Shown here: piece by piece, positions 15,036 to 27,874 of the stretch
Position numbering within the stretch: position 1 is the first letter of the stretch
Layout: every line of letters begins with the position of its first letter
Assembly: GCF_016432865.1 (NCBI RefSeq)
Contig: NC_067398.1
Location: 725,214,001-725,278,000 of the forward strand
From: Antechinus flavipes
Taxonomy: Eukaryota
DNA: 64,000 nt
Direction: 5' to 3'
Notes under the pieces: model-generated
The model's database searches: none
The model's input: the letters and a program-made list of their open reading frames with translations, nothing else
Told to the model about the DNA's origin: nothing
Program-made: the position numbers and the translations under genes

Positions 15036-16659
15036 AGCAAAAAACAAGTTTATTGTTAGGAAAATCTTCTTAAGAAAGAGAAGTATCCAATATTAGAGTG
15101 GTTTTCTTAGAAGATAGGAAGTTCTCCCTCTTCCAGTCCTGGTTGGGGAAGGAACAGAGCATTGCTGAATCCAAGATGGGAACTCTCTCCAAAAATATAG
15201 GCTACTTTATTATAATTGCTTTGCAATGATTGGTCCTAGACCAATTTTAACTCTTGGTCTGGTTTCCATTTAGATCTTCTTTTGACTTCTTCTTCACCTG
15301 GTGCTACAGCTTAGCTTCTTAGGGAAGGTTCATCCTTGAAAACAGCTCTCCCTGCTCACTTCCTAGTTACCTATTGAATTGCTTTCCAAAGGAAAAGTGT
15401 GATATACAAGGAAAAAGAAAAAAAAAAACCAATCCCCCCCCAAAACAAGGAACAAGTCAAGTTTTATACCTTACCTTCCTTCACTGAACAAAATTAATCC
15501 TTGATCATCCTTGATGTTAGTAGCCACTCATTTGGAACATTAAACAAAATAGCAAGAGTCAAGATTAAGAAAAACTATTTTTAGCCTTTTCTGCCTCTTA
15601 AGCCAACACTTGCCATCTTCCCAGTGTCCTATGATGTCTAAATCTGATTCTTAAGAAGTTTTTATGAGAAAGGAAAGATGCTAAGAGAAGCTATTCTCTC
15701 CTTTTTTAAAAATAGTCTGTCAATAAACATTTATTAGACATCTACTCTATAAATTTTGAGTTATGTAAGAAAAAATGACTTAACTGATCAGCCCTTTGGT
15801 CCAGCACTATCCCACTCCCACCCCAAAGAGGTCAATGACACAGTGAAGTTTTATCTATGTTAAAATATTCCTACAGACACCATTCATTAAAAAAACAAAC
15901 AAACAAGAAGCAAAAGAGCCCAGACATTGGATAATGCTCAAATAAATTGTTTTATAAAGATGATGGATTATTATTGTGCTATAAGAAAAAATGAATGTGA
16001 AGAATTGTGAAAGATACAGGAAGTTGTACAGCAATGCGGGGCAAAGAAAAGAGTTAAAGAATAATACAAATGATTGCAACAATGTAAACACACACCAAAA
16101 CAGCTAATGAGGTTACAAGTATATAGTACTTTAAGTTCTACGATGGACTTTCTCCAGATTATCTCATTACTATCTGAGTCAATATTTGAACTCAGGTCTT
16201 CCTGATTCCAGTTTCAACTTCATGTATTATACTACCCTATTCAAATCAAGTTATAATGAAAATTGACAATTCTAAATTACTATTTAAAACAAAACATTCC
16301 TTTGTGCTCTCTATTAGTAAGTAGTAATTGTTACTGTTCATTTTCGATCCTAATTCAAGATTTTTGCTAAACTTTTTTTTTTAATGGAATGGTAATATGT
16401 GAGCTACTTTTTATTGGTAAGTAAATAAATATAAAGCAAAATGTAAGCGTGTTTTAAAAAATGGGAGTTTGAGGGAAATATTCTTTGGAAAGACAGAATT
16501 TATCAATTATCAGAAAAACCAATGGCAGAGGGAAAATAGAATGATTCTTGAAACTGAATGGCACAGGAGAAAGGTTTTTGTTCCATTCTCACTCCAATCA
16601 ATCACAGAATGCCTAGAAAACCTTTCAGTATCAATTAAAAGTATGTGAATGAGTTCCAG

Positions 16660-19600
16660 GGGCAGGGCCAAAATGGTGGAGTAAAGCCAGGAAACTTCTC
16701 ATGCTTTCTCAATTTCCTTCGAAAACCACAAGAAACTAAGTCTCTGAACAGAGTCTGATGGAATGAAACTGCCCTCCAGCTCCAGATAGATTGGAAAGAT
16801 TTCAGAAAAGGCCAGTCTTACTGGGGTGCAGCACAGCTGGGACGAGATCTTGGAAAGCCAGTGAGAGGTTCTTAATCACAGCAGATTAGCAAGGAGCCCT
16901 TCCATCCTGGCTTAGTAGCAGAGCAGACCAGTAGGGCAACAAAACTGCCAGCCTGGGAAAACAGGCTGTGGGCCGGAAACAGCAGGTCAGGTTACCCACT
17001 GCTGTGAGCAGGACACCAAACACAAGGGGTCCCTGTGCTCAAAGCCAAGGCTCAGAGCTGCATGGGAAGTTTGGGATGGTGACTTCAGTACCTCAGGAAC
17101 AGAGCCTGACCTTAAAAGTCAGAGAATAGGAAAAAAGATAATGAACAAGAAACAGAAAAGAATTTTAACCATAGAATGCTACTATGGCAACAGGAAAGAC
17201 CAAAACACCAACTCAGGACAAAATGTCCACAGAGGAAATCTCAGTGTGCTATGAATTGGTTTCAAGCCCAAAGACTTTATTGGTTTTCATAAAACACTTT
17301 AAAAGGCAAATCAAAGAGGTAAAAGAACAAATGAGAAGAGAAACGAGAGATATAAAGAAATCAAAGAAGGGAAAGGGACCTGTATGTGCAAAAATGTTTG
17401 TGACAGCCCTCTTTGTAGTGACCAGAAACTGGAAATTGAGTGGATGCCCACTAGTAGGAGGATGGCTAAATAAGTTATGGTATATCAATGTTATGGAATA
17501 TTATTGTTCTATAAAAATGACCAGCAGGATGATCTCAGAGAGGCCTGGAGAGACTTATAGGAATTTATGGTAAGTAAATGAGCGGAACCAGGAGATCATT
17601 GAACACAGCAACAAGACTGTACTATGATCAATTATAATGGTCATGGCTGTCTTCAACAAGGAGATGATGATTCAAGCTAGTTCCAATTGTTCAGCCATGA
17701 AGAGAACCAGCTACACCTAGAGAGAGAACTATGGGAAATGAGTGTGGAACATAGCATTTCCACTCCTTCTGTTATTGTCTGCTTGTATTTTTGTTTTCCT
17801 TTTCAGGTTATTTTTACCTTCTCTTTAAATCCGATTTTTCTTGTGCAGCAAGAAAATTGTATACATATGTATACATATATTTTATTCAATATATACTTTA
17901 ACATATTTAACATGTATTGGACTACCTGCCATCTAGGGGAGGGGTTGGGGGAAGGAGGGGAAAAGTTGGAACAGAAAGTTTTGCAAGGGTCAATGTTGAA
18001 AAATTACCCATGAATATGTTTTGTAAATAAAAAGCTATAATAAAATAAAATTAAAAAAAAGAAAACTGAAGAGCTCTTAAAAAAGAAAGAAAGAAATGAG
18101 AGGTATGTAAGAGAGTCAGCAGCTTGGAAGTGGAAAACAATTCCTTTAAAAAAAAAACACACAACTGACCAAATACAAAAAAATACTTTTTTTTAAATCT
18201 ACTGAGGCAAACAAGACCTTGAAAGTAAAATTAATCAAATGGAAAAAAATACAAAAACTGAAAAAAATCATACTTTAAAAACTAGAACAGGGCAAATGGA
18301 AGCTAATTACTCTATGAGACATCAAGAATCAGTCAAATAAACTAAAAAGACTGAAAAGATGAAAGAACATGTAAAATACCTCATTGGAAAAATAGACCTG
18401 GAAACTAGATCCAGGAGAAAAAAATTTTAAATTATTGGTCTAAGCGATCTAAAAGTTGGCCCCAAAAAGGGCCTGGATAATATTCTACAAGAGCTCATCA
18501 AGGAAAACTGCCATGATATACTAGAAACAGACAAAAATAGTCATTGAAAGAATCCACTGATCACCTCTGGAAAGGTGGTCACAAGGAAAACCCCAAGGAA
18601 CATTGTTGCAAAACTCCAGAACTATAATCTCAAGTTAAAAATACTGCAAGCTGCCAACAAAAGCAATTCAAGTATCAAGGGGCAACAGTCAGGATTACCC
18701 AGGATCTGGCAGGTCTACAGTAAAGAATCAGAGGGCTTGGAATACCACATTTTGGGAGGCAAAGGACCTGGGATTACAACCAAGAATTAACTACCCAGAG
18801 AGACTGAGCATCATCTTTAAGGGGAGTAGGTGGATCTTCAATGAAGTAAGAGACTTGCAATCATTTCTATTGGGAAAAAAAAAAAAAACAGAACTAAACA
18901 GAAAATTTGATCTTAAAACACAGAACTCAAGGGAAGCATAGAAAGGTAAAGAGGAAAAAAAATATTATTTAAAGATGTTTACATCTCTAGATGGGAAAAT
19001 GATATCTGTAATTTCTGAGAACTGTTATCTATTATTAAGGCAGTTAGAAGGGACATACACGGATGGAGGGTGTGATACAAACAGACTCTGATGTGACAAT
19101 ATCAGAGAAAAAATCATTAAGGGGTAGAAAAAGTATTGTACTTGGAGAAGAGGAAAGGAGAGGTAAAATAGGATAAATCAGACCACGTGAAGAGGCACAA
19201 AAGACCTTATTACAATGGGGGGAAGGAAGAAGGGAAGATGAAGTTTAATCTCATCATTTTTGGCTCATAGAGGGAATAACTGAGTAAAGAAATTTATCTT
19301 ACCCTATAAAGAAGAGGAGAAAAGAGAAAGAAAAGAGAAGAATTTGGATAGAAGGCAGAAACACTAGGAGAAAAAAGTAAAAGAAGGGAGGAGGGGTGAT
19401 AGAAGATAAAGCAGGTAGTGAGTGGGGTGGATTAGAAAACAAAACACTACTAAGAAGGGACAGGATAGAAAGAGAGAACAAAAGTATATATGGGGGAGAA
19501 AATAAGATGGTGGAAATACAGAGGTAATAATATTAACTGGATTATGAACTCTCTCATGAAACAGAAGCAAACAACAGATTAAAACATAGAACTCTACAAT

Positions 19601-20035
19601 CTTATTTACAAAAATTACATTTGAATTACAGAGATACATACAGAGTAACAGTGAAGGCTGCAACAGAATTTATTATGCTTCAGCTAAAGCAAAAAAAGCA
19701 GGAGTAGCAACTCTGATCTCAAACAAAAGTAAAATAAAAGATTTAAAAGAGCTAAGGAAGGAAACTATATCTTGTTAAAGGGTACCATACACAATGAAGT
19801 AATAGGGATATTAAATGTATATGCACCAAGTCATAGAGCACCCAAATTCTTAAAGAAGTTAAGCCAATTACAGCAAAACTATATTAATGGGGGACCTAAA
19901 CTGCCCTCTCAGAATTAGATAAATTTAACCACAAAAGAAACAAAAAAGAAAACTTAGGTATGATAGACCTCTGGAGAAAACTGAATAGAGATAAAAAGAA
20001 ATAAACCTTTTTCTCAGGAGCACATGGCATACAGA
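16660..20035 (+). mobile_element. Degraded L1 5' portion (5' UTR, ORF1, inter-ORF, start of ORF2 endonuclease), interrupted by a nested L1
   Basis: Starts ggggcagggccaaaatggtggagt. ORF1-like text from ~17140 (ccccaaggaacattgttgcaaaactccagaactat = PRNIVAKLQNY). Endonuclease-like aaaaaagcaggagtagcaact and aatgtatatgcacca at 19690-19830. Confidence 0.75.
17354..18091 (+). mobile_element. 5'-truncated L1 inserted into ORF1 of the older L1
   Basis: L1 ORF2 end (KKGKGPVCAKMFVTALFVVTRNWKLSGCP), 3' UTR and A-tail. Degenerate 15-bp TSD agaaacgagagatat (17339-17353) / agaaatgagaggtat (18092-18106). Confidence 0.85.
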
Positions 20036-20394
20036 ACCGTAAGAGGCAGTACTAGTCAGCTGCTAGAAAGCACAGGATATAGAGCCTACAGTAAGGGTAC
20101 AATTACATTTTTGAAAGTAGACTCTTGGAGGAGTTGTAACTGAGACTGGACTCCTCCAAAATACAATGTGGAATAGAAGCTTTCCCAATACTCCTTGAGG
20201 ACACAGAGCTGCACCCCATTTTTCTCTGTGTCCCCCGTACCTGCCACAAAGGAGCTACCTAACGGACCCTTATTTAACTGAATTAAAGTTCTGTGTTTCT
20301 TCTGGGTGAGACACGGTGGGTGACAAGGAGTAAGACTGGGGCAGATGAAAACAAGCAGAAACCTGCTGATCAAAGCCAAGCCAGCAAAAATGTT

Positions 20395-20460
20395 ACCAAT
20401 TACCCTTGAATGTCAATGGGTTGAACTTGCCTGTAAAAAGGGAGTGGATTACTGACTTCT
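20395..20460 (+). mobile_element. Small fragment of the L1 ORF2 endonuclease N-terminus
   Basis: Translates (with one frameshift) to PIT-LNVNGLNLPVKREWITD, similar to the L1 motif TLNVNGLNSPIKR. Confidence 0.45.
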
Positions 20461-20679
20461 TTAGAATCCAAGATGTCAATCAATCTCAGTATTCCTGTCA
20501 AAATCCAACGAAACACACACAAAATACGAGGCAGTGGGACTTTGGGGAGGGATTTTCAGTGTGGAGTCTGCGCACATCTGGGCTGATCAAGCATTAGGGC
20601 AAAGGGGTCTCAGCAAAAACAAAGCAAAAGAGAAGACCACGAACCCACCCACCTCCCACAGACAAAACTATGCAGATAC

Positions 20680-21385
20680 ACCCACCCCACCCCCCAGACA
20701 ATACAAATACACCCACCCCCCAGACAATACAGATACGCCCCCCCCAGACAATACAGATACGCCCACCCCCCAGACAATACAGATACGCCCATCCCAGACA
20801 ATACAGATACCCCCGCCCCCCCCAGACAATACAGATACGACCCCCAGACAATACAGATACACCCACCCCACCCCCCAGACAATACAGATACCCCCGCCCC
20901 CCCCAGACAATACAGATACGCCCCCCCAGACAATACAGATACGCCCACCCCCAGACAATACAGATACGCCCACCCCCCAGACAATACAGACACGCCCGCC
21001 CCCCCCAGACAATACAGACACGCCCGCCCCCCCAGACAATACAGATACGCCCACCCCCCCCCGACAATACAGATACGCCCATCCCCCCCACAATACAGAT
21101 ACGCCCGCCCCCCAGACAATACAGATACGCCCCCCCAGACAATACAGACACGCCCACCCCCCAGACAATACAGATACGCCCACCCCCCAGACAATACAGA
21201 TACACCCCCCCCAGACAATACAGATACGCCCGCCCCCCCCCCCGACAATACAGATACGCCCGCCCCCCCCAGACAATACAGATACACCCCCCCCAGACAA
21301 TACAGATACGCCCCCCCAGACAATACAGATACACCTCCCCCCACAATACAGATACACCCCCCCCAGACAATACAGATACCCCTCA
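20680..21385. repeat. Minisatellite, ~27 copies of ~24-30 bp (core CAGACAATACAGATAC plus a variable C-rich linker)
   Basis: Counted directly: about 27 occurrences of ACAATACAGA(T/C)AC separated by CGCCC(G/A)CCCCCC-type linkers. Confidence 0.97.
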
Positions 21386-21399
21386 CCCACGGAGACACA

Positions 21400-23170
21400 A
21401 CATACAGATACACTGACACCTACACACAGACCTAACACACACAGACACCCCCCACACAGGACCACCCTCACACCAGGATCTCCAGTACCAAAGCTCCGGG
21501 CACAGATCCCCGGGGAGACGGGCCCGAGGGGCCACCTCACCTGTGGGGCCCGGGCCGTCCACAGCGCCGGGGCCATCCCTGCGACTCTCTGCCTGGGGAG
21601 GCTCTCGGTGGGGCCGGGTTGTAGGGAGGCAGAACTGGGGGAGGGGGGTGGGAAGAACAGCCTGGGAGACCCCCAACCCCCACTCCTCGATGCCGGGGAT
21701 GAGCCTCCCGAACGGGATTCTGGTTCCAGGGAAAGCCCCAGCAAGGGAGGGGAGGGGTCCCTACTTTATGGTGCGGGAGACGGATAGTCAGAAAGCTCCA
21801 GAGGGGGAGAATGTGCATGAACTGGCCGTTAATTGGTCGGGAAGACAGGCCCCGCCCAGCGCAGAAGACCAATAAACTGCAGGAAGGCAACTGCGCATGC
21901 GCTTGGCGCGGCCCTTTGCTCTTTTTGGGTCTTCTGCAAAGGTACCGAAGTTAGGCTCCGCGCCCTGTGCTCCGACTCCCGGCGTCTGGCTGGTCACGTC
22001 TCCGGCGGCCCCTCTCCTGGAGCCGGACGGAGGACTCGCGGCCCGGCGGAGCGCAGCGTAGAGAAGGCGGGCGCCCCAGACGGCGGTGGCCCCGAGGACG
22101 GACATGACGTAGCCATAGTTGTACCGCGGTCGCGAGGAGCTAAGCCTGGCGGAAGTGGCCCCTGATGCCCGCTGTCCGCTTCCCTCTTCCCTCTTCTGCA
22201 CTTTTGACCAATCCTGTGAAAGTGCGGTCTGCGATGGGATCGGATGTTCCCTTTCCGAACCCCGCTCTGAACTTCGGGAAAGGATGCTGGGTGAGTATGG
22301 CCTTCTGGGAAACGTAGTCCTGCGGACAGGGCTGACTAGTGCGCATGCTCAGATCGCAGCCGCTCAAAGTCTTCCTTAGCCGAGGTCGGGAAGGAATGTA
22401 GGATGGGCCGACCTCTAGAGCTCGCGGCCTGGGGCGACCAGTCTGTCTTCTCTGGGGGCTGCGGGAAGAAAGCCTACCTCGGCAGCCTGACCGGGGAGGG
22501 GGGTGAGGAGTGATGACCCAGGGCTCGGCCTCATGGGGAAGACCCCCCCACAAATATATGCCGGTGACCTCGGACACCATTTATCGATGTCTAACTCGGG
22601 TTTGACGGCCTTCCTTCGGGGCAGAGACCTGGGTCCAGGTCGGAACCAGGTGTTGGGGGGGTGCTCGGGATAAAAGGGCCGGAGGGCCCCCGGTGGTGGA
22701 TCCAGACGGAGAGAGGCGGGAGAAGCTGCGGAGGGCGCGCCCCCCCAACCGTGGAGGAAAGAGACTGTCCAAGAGGGGTGGGGTCAGCAACATCCGAGGC
22801 TGCTAGTGCTGAGAAGGCTCTGCGGGAGCCCCATGGTCCGAGGTCGAGTCACAGGCGGGAGCTGGCCTCCCTGCGGCCACACAGGCCTGGAGACGAGAGC
22901 GGGACGGCTTGGAGGAGGGAATAGCCAGCGTAGGGGGATGGGACCGGCCAAGTAGGGGGCCACCTCCTGAGCAAAACCGAGGTAAGTGGTCAGAGGACGT
23001 GACTCAGAAGAAACATGACTGAACTTGGCGGGAAAAATGCCCCAGAGCACTCCTAAGTTATGTAGCAACTCCTCTGTGCCGAACTGGAAGGTGACTAACT
23101 GGAGGTGGGATTTTAAGGTCTCCACATCCGGCTCCTCGGGCCTGCTCCCCCTGCTCCCCCTCCTCCCCTG
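21400..23170. promoter_or_regulatory. CpG-island promoter of gene A
   Basis: CpG-dense. NRF1-type GCGCATGCGC at 21893-21902; CCAAT boxes at 21832, 21869 and 22208; ETS CGGAAGT at 22150; ZNF143/SBS-type TTCTGGGAAACGTAGTCC at 22303-22320. Confidence 0.85.
21541..21576 (-). CDS. Gene A first coding exon (MAPALWTARAPQ)
   Basis: ATG GCC CCG GCG CTG TGG ACG GCC CGG GCC CCA CAG|gtgagg, phase 0. Same size and peptide type as in genes B and C. Joined CDS 36+127+96+2219 = 2478 nt is divisible by 3. Confidence 0.85.
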
Positions 23171-24369
23171 TTTTCTTTCTTAAGTGTAAGAATGACATTT
23201 TGAGACTAAAATTTGTGTATGTTTAAGTGTGCCGATGCACACGTTCACACACACATATTTGTGAAAGAACTGTCAGCGATATTTAAAAATTGGACAAGAA
23301 ACCTTTTAAAAATGCACATTTTAGAAACCTCTGAAGTTTCTATTTATAGCCATCAAATTACCAAAAAGAAAAGAACATGGTCAGTATAAGAAGAACTGAA
23401 GGACATTGCACTGTTTGTGTGAATGGTTTCATTCAACTATCTTGGAAAATCATTTTAGAAAAGCAACTAAATTGTAATTTTTTGAACAGTTAGTCAACAA
23501 CAATTTATCAAGCCCCTTTTATGTGCCATGGCATAACAAAACTGATGGGATTCTGATACTGCCCTTTTTTTCTCTTTCCTAATTAAAGACTAAGTCAGAG
23601 AAACTTCTGAAGGACAAGAAATGAGATTTGCTTAACATTTGCCTTACTCTTGAGTTGTACCTTACTCACCTGAGAAAGCTTAGTTCTGATTAAAGATCAA
23701 CTTGCCTAGGCAAACTTGGGCCTATTGTTCAACTTCCTAAATGGTCTGGAAAGTTCCTTCAGTATTAGAGTGCTGGAGGCAGAATGACCCAAGTATGGAG
23801 ATGAACTTTTTTGTCCAGTCCCTCATTAGAATAAACCTACCTCTCCATATAATCATTCTTATTAATCAGTTTATTTCTGCATGTCAGGAACACTCAACTC
23901 TTCCAAGGCTTTTTAGAATTCAGGGGATCCAAGGTTGATCTTTGGCTTCTGAAAGAATCACTAATCTCAATATTTGCTAGCCATAATTAATAAACTGATT
24001 ACCCAGAAATCACATCTCAGACTTCATCATCATTCTCCTGCCCTTATATCCTATCCACTGTGAAATCTTGTCCCTGCTGCCTCCATCACCTTATATCGAT
24101 CCTGTTGTCTATTCTCTTTCACCACCTTAGTTTTGCCTTCACTTTTCATCTAGAGGCTAGTATGTTAACCCAACTGCCTGCTTGTAGTTTTCCACCAGCA
24201 AACAAGAGAACCCCAGCTCTGTCCATGTCATCCTCCTGCTTAAAGGTCTACACTGGCTTTGCATCACCCCAGAGAATAAAAATGTCAGCTTCCTATCTTG
24301 GGATTTCAAAGCCTCCACAATCTGCCGACACTACATTCCACTAAAAGTCAGTAAGCATTTATTTAGTGC

Positions 24370-24660
24370 TTGGTGTTGTCCTTTACCGAGGACCAAAGTG
24401 ACATCACTGTTAAGAGTCGAGTTACAGCATGTTCAGCTGTGGCTGATTGGACCAATATGAGCTCGGAGTCGAGCTCGGTCACAGAGAGGACCCAGATGGT
24501 TGAGACATTTGGGGCAGCTTCCATTAATTTTATGCACCTCAAGTTCCTTCCAGGTTAATGCAGTTCTGCTTTGCTCCTAGAGCACAGCACCTTTTCAAAT
24601 GAGCATGTCCAGCTGGTCAGTCCATGTCATACATTCAATTCAAAAGTTGAGGTGGCCAGA
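24370..24660 (-). mobile_element. RTE-type 3' end fragment
   Basis: gaggaccaaagtgacatcact...gctgtggctgattggaccaatatgagctcgga...ttctgctttgctcctagagcacagc resembles a reverse-complemented marsupial RTE 3' end. Confidence 0.6.
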
Positions 24661-25976
24661 AAAAAAAAAAAAAAATTACGTAGCAGTTTTGAAACTGCCA
24701 TATGAAACTTAGAATAAATACACACCAAAAAATTCTCATTTATTTATAGTGGAGACTTGTTTGTAAGCACTCCTTTTTCAATTTTTTGCTCCTGGAGTCC
24801 AGTAGATTTTAGGGAATAGATTTAGGAAATTTTAGGGAAATTACATCTGTATTTTGTTTTTACAACTTCCATACTTTAACATTTCTTTCCATTATGGATA
24901 ATCCCCCCCCCCCCAAAAAAAAAAAAATCCTGAGATTCATGGAATTAACTAGGCTGCCAAAGGAATCTATAATACCAAAAATGTTAAAAATCTCTGATCT
25001 AAATAAATAAATGTTCATGTTGTTTTGATGTTTGACAGGTACATCATAACAAAAAGGAAAAATCCTTTAAAATGTTCTATTGCCATGTGTAATTTGTATT
25101 TCTATTGTGACTGTCTACCATCAAAGAATTCCCCCACCACAGAACCCTCCCTTCCGTCAAGCCCAGTGAAGCAAAATAAATCTATCCATCCTGAAATGCA
25201 TTTTCCCCTTCATCTTTTCAAACTCATTTATCTTCATTCAAGTTCAACTCCACAGTCACCTGTTATTGGCACCTTTTCGGAATCTCCTTAGTTAAGACTA
25301 CTCTATCCACCTTCACATGGTATGCTAATTCAATGAAATGTCCCCTATTTTCAAAAATAAGCTCTGGGAAAAGCAGGACTTTAAAATAAAAGTTTTTGTC
25401 TATATATATGAACACAGTGAGTTATGTATAGTTGTAATTTTTAAAAATCAGCATTTCTTTAACTGGATAGTTTAACCATAGACTGCTGTGAACTTCTTGA
25501 TTTGGAAGAATAGAGTAAAGATGCATCATTGGAATATTTTGGAATTAGCAAGAAGAGTAATGGGATTAAGAAAACAGTCTTAAAGAAGAGGAAGGATTTT
25601 TCTTCCCTTTGTGGCAGTAATGAGTGTGGATGGTTAATAGCCCTCAGATGGTTAATTAAGCAAGTTGAAAGAGCATCTATGAAATTGTCCCCAATTTTCC
25701 CAATAAATGAAGAGTGTAAGTTATATGGAATAAGTTTGGCATTGCAGATTTGAGAAGGAATAGCTACACTGAGAAAGGGTTTCCCTAAGCTTCAGCTCTC
25801 TAATTTTTAGTAAAGACTAATAACTAGCTTCAGCATTTCACTGGTTTGTGATATTCATTGGATGTTGAGTAAGTTTTCTGGTCTGGTTTAAAAGCTTTCC
25901 ATATTCATAGAATATATAAGTTTCTGATTAGTATGAACTGATGAGTACAGTGCTTGCTCAGGAACAAAACCTTTCC

Positions 25977-27874
25977 TCAGCCACTGTATCCATATATTTT
26001 CTTTGTAGAATGAATTCTCTGATGTTGAGTATGCTCTCTTCTCAGGTGAAATGACATTCCACATTTGTTGCATTCATAGGGCTTTACTCCAGAATGAATT
26101 CTTTTATGTTCTATTAGCTGTGTGCCCCAACAGAAGGCCTTCCCACATTTGTCGCATTCATAAGGCTTCTCTCCAGTATGAATTCTTCGATGTTGATTAA
26201 GCTGTGCTTTTAGGCGGAAGGCCTTCCCACATTCACTACATTCATAAGGTTTCTCTCCAGTGTGAATTCTCTGGTGTTCATTAAGTGCTGTACTCAGACG
26301 GAATGATTTCTCACACGCATTACATTCATAAGGTTTCTCACCAGTATGAATGGTCTGATGTTGAATAAGTTTTACTTTCTGGCTAAAGGCTTTCCCACAT
26401 TCAAAACATTCATACGGTTTCTCTCCAGTATGAATTTTCTGATGCTCAGTAAGGTTAGAGCGCCTACAAAAGGCCTTCCCGCACTGATTACACTTATATG
26501 GTTTCTCTCCAGTGTGAATTCTGCGATGCTGATTCAGCTGTGCTTTCAGGCGGAAAGCTTTCCCACATTCAATACATCCATGAGGTTTCTCACCAGTGTG
26601 AATTCTCCGGTGCTCAGTGAGAGTTGTGCTTAGGCAGAAGGCCCTGCCACAGTCATTACATTCATAAGGTTTCTCACCAGTGTGAATTCTCTGATGTTCA
26701 GTGAGATTTGAACGCCTGCAGAAGGCCTTCCCACAGTCATTACACTGATAAGGTTTCTCACCAGTGTGAATTTTCTGGTGTTCATTAAGCTGTCCTTTTT
26801 GACGGAAAGCCTTACCACATTCAACACATTCAAATGGTTTCTCACCAGTATGAATTGACTGATGCTGATTAAGCTGTGCTTTAAGTCTAAAGGCTTTCCC
26901 ACACGTATCACATTTATAAGGTTTCTCACCAGTATGTATTCTCTGATGTTTAGTAAGAGCTGCGCTCAGGCAGAAGGCCCTGCCACACTCATTACATTCA
27001 TAAGGTTTCTCACCAGTGTGAATTCTCTGGTGTTCAGTGAGATTTGAACGCCTGCAAAAGGCCTTCCCACATTCATTACATTTATATGGTTTCTCGCCAG
27101 TGTGAATTTTCTGATGTTCATTAAGTTGTCCTTTTAGTCGAAAAGACTTCCCACATTCATTACATTTATATGGTTTTTCACCAGTATGAATGGTCTGATG
27201 TTGGTTAAGTTGTGCTTTTAGCCGAAAGGTCTTCCCACATACATTACACTGATGAGGTTTTTCACCAGTAAGAATATTTTGATATCCAGGAATTTCCATT
27301 CTGAGGCAAAAGGTGCTCCCAAGTTTATTATTTTCATAAAGTTCCTCTCCAGTATGAATTTTCTCATAAATGGAAAATCCTTTCCTTGGGTTAGTCTTCT
27401 CACTTTCATTACAATCATAAAGCCTCTCTGTAATACATATTCCACCATTGTCAATAAAGGCTGAATTATACATAAGGCATTTCCTGTATTTAGATAATGT
27501 TTTATTTGAGCACCTGCTACTATATTTTCTTCCATCTGTTTGCAGTTTGAAGTATTCTCCATGTGTGTCACATGTGCTCTGATTCTTTCCTACTATCTGC
27601 TGTGGGAAAAGAATTGGCCCTAGATTAAAGCTTCTGCAATAACTATTATTTTCATAGACTCTAAACTTATTGGAGTGTTTTTCTTGGGTGATTTTGATTT
27701 CCCAGAAATGTTGCCTGTCATTCCTCACATGATTTTCTAACTTAGTGTTACATTCCAAGGATTCTCCCAATGAGGAAAGGAGATCATTCTTCTCAAATAT
27801 TTCCTGGGATGATTCTTCCATTGAAATACTTAGTTTTGGAACAGACTCCATGGATTCATACTTAATTTCCCAAT
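25977..27874 (-). CDS. KRAB-ZNF gene B, last coding exon (spacer plus 15 C2H2 fingers)
   Basis: 624-aa ORF; acceptor tttttatttctttcag|ATTGG at 27874 (phase 1); TGA at 25977-25979. Confidence 0.96.

Noticed and set aside
20680-21385. CRISPR-like appearance of a constant core with variable linkers (also the 54-bp repeats at 54281)
   Set aside because: The linkers are short C-run variants rather than unique spacers, there are no cas genes, and the context is mammalian.
20534-21787. Long ORFs on both strands (248-417 aa) over the minisatellite
   Set aside because: They are low-complexity translations of a stop-poor tandem repeat. Only the 36-nt ATG exon inside the region has splice and paralog support.
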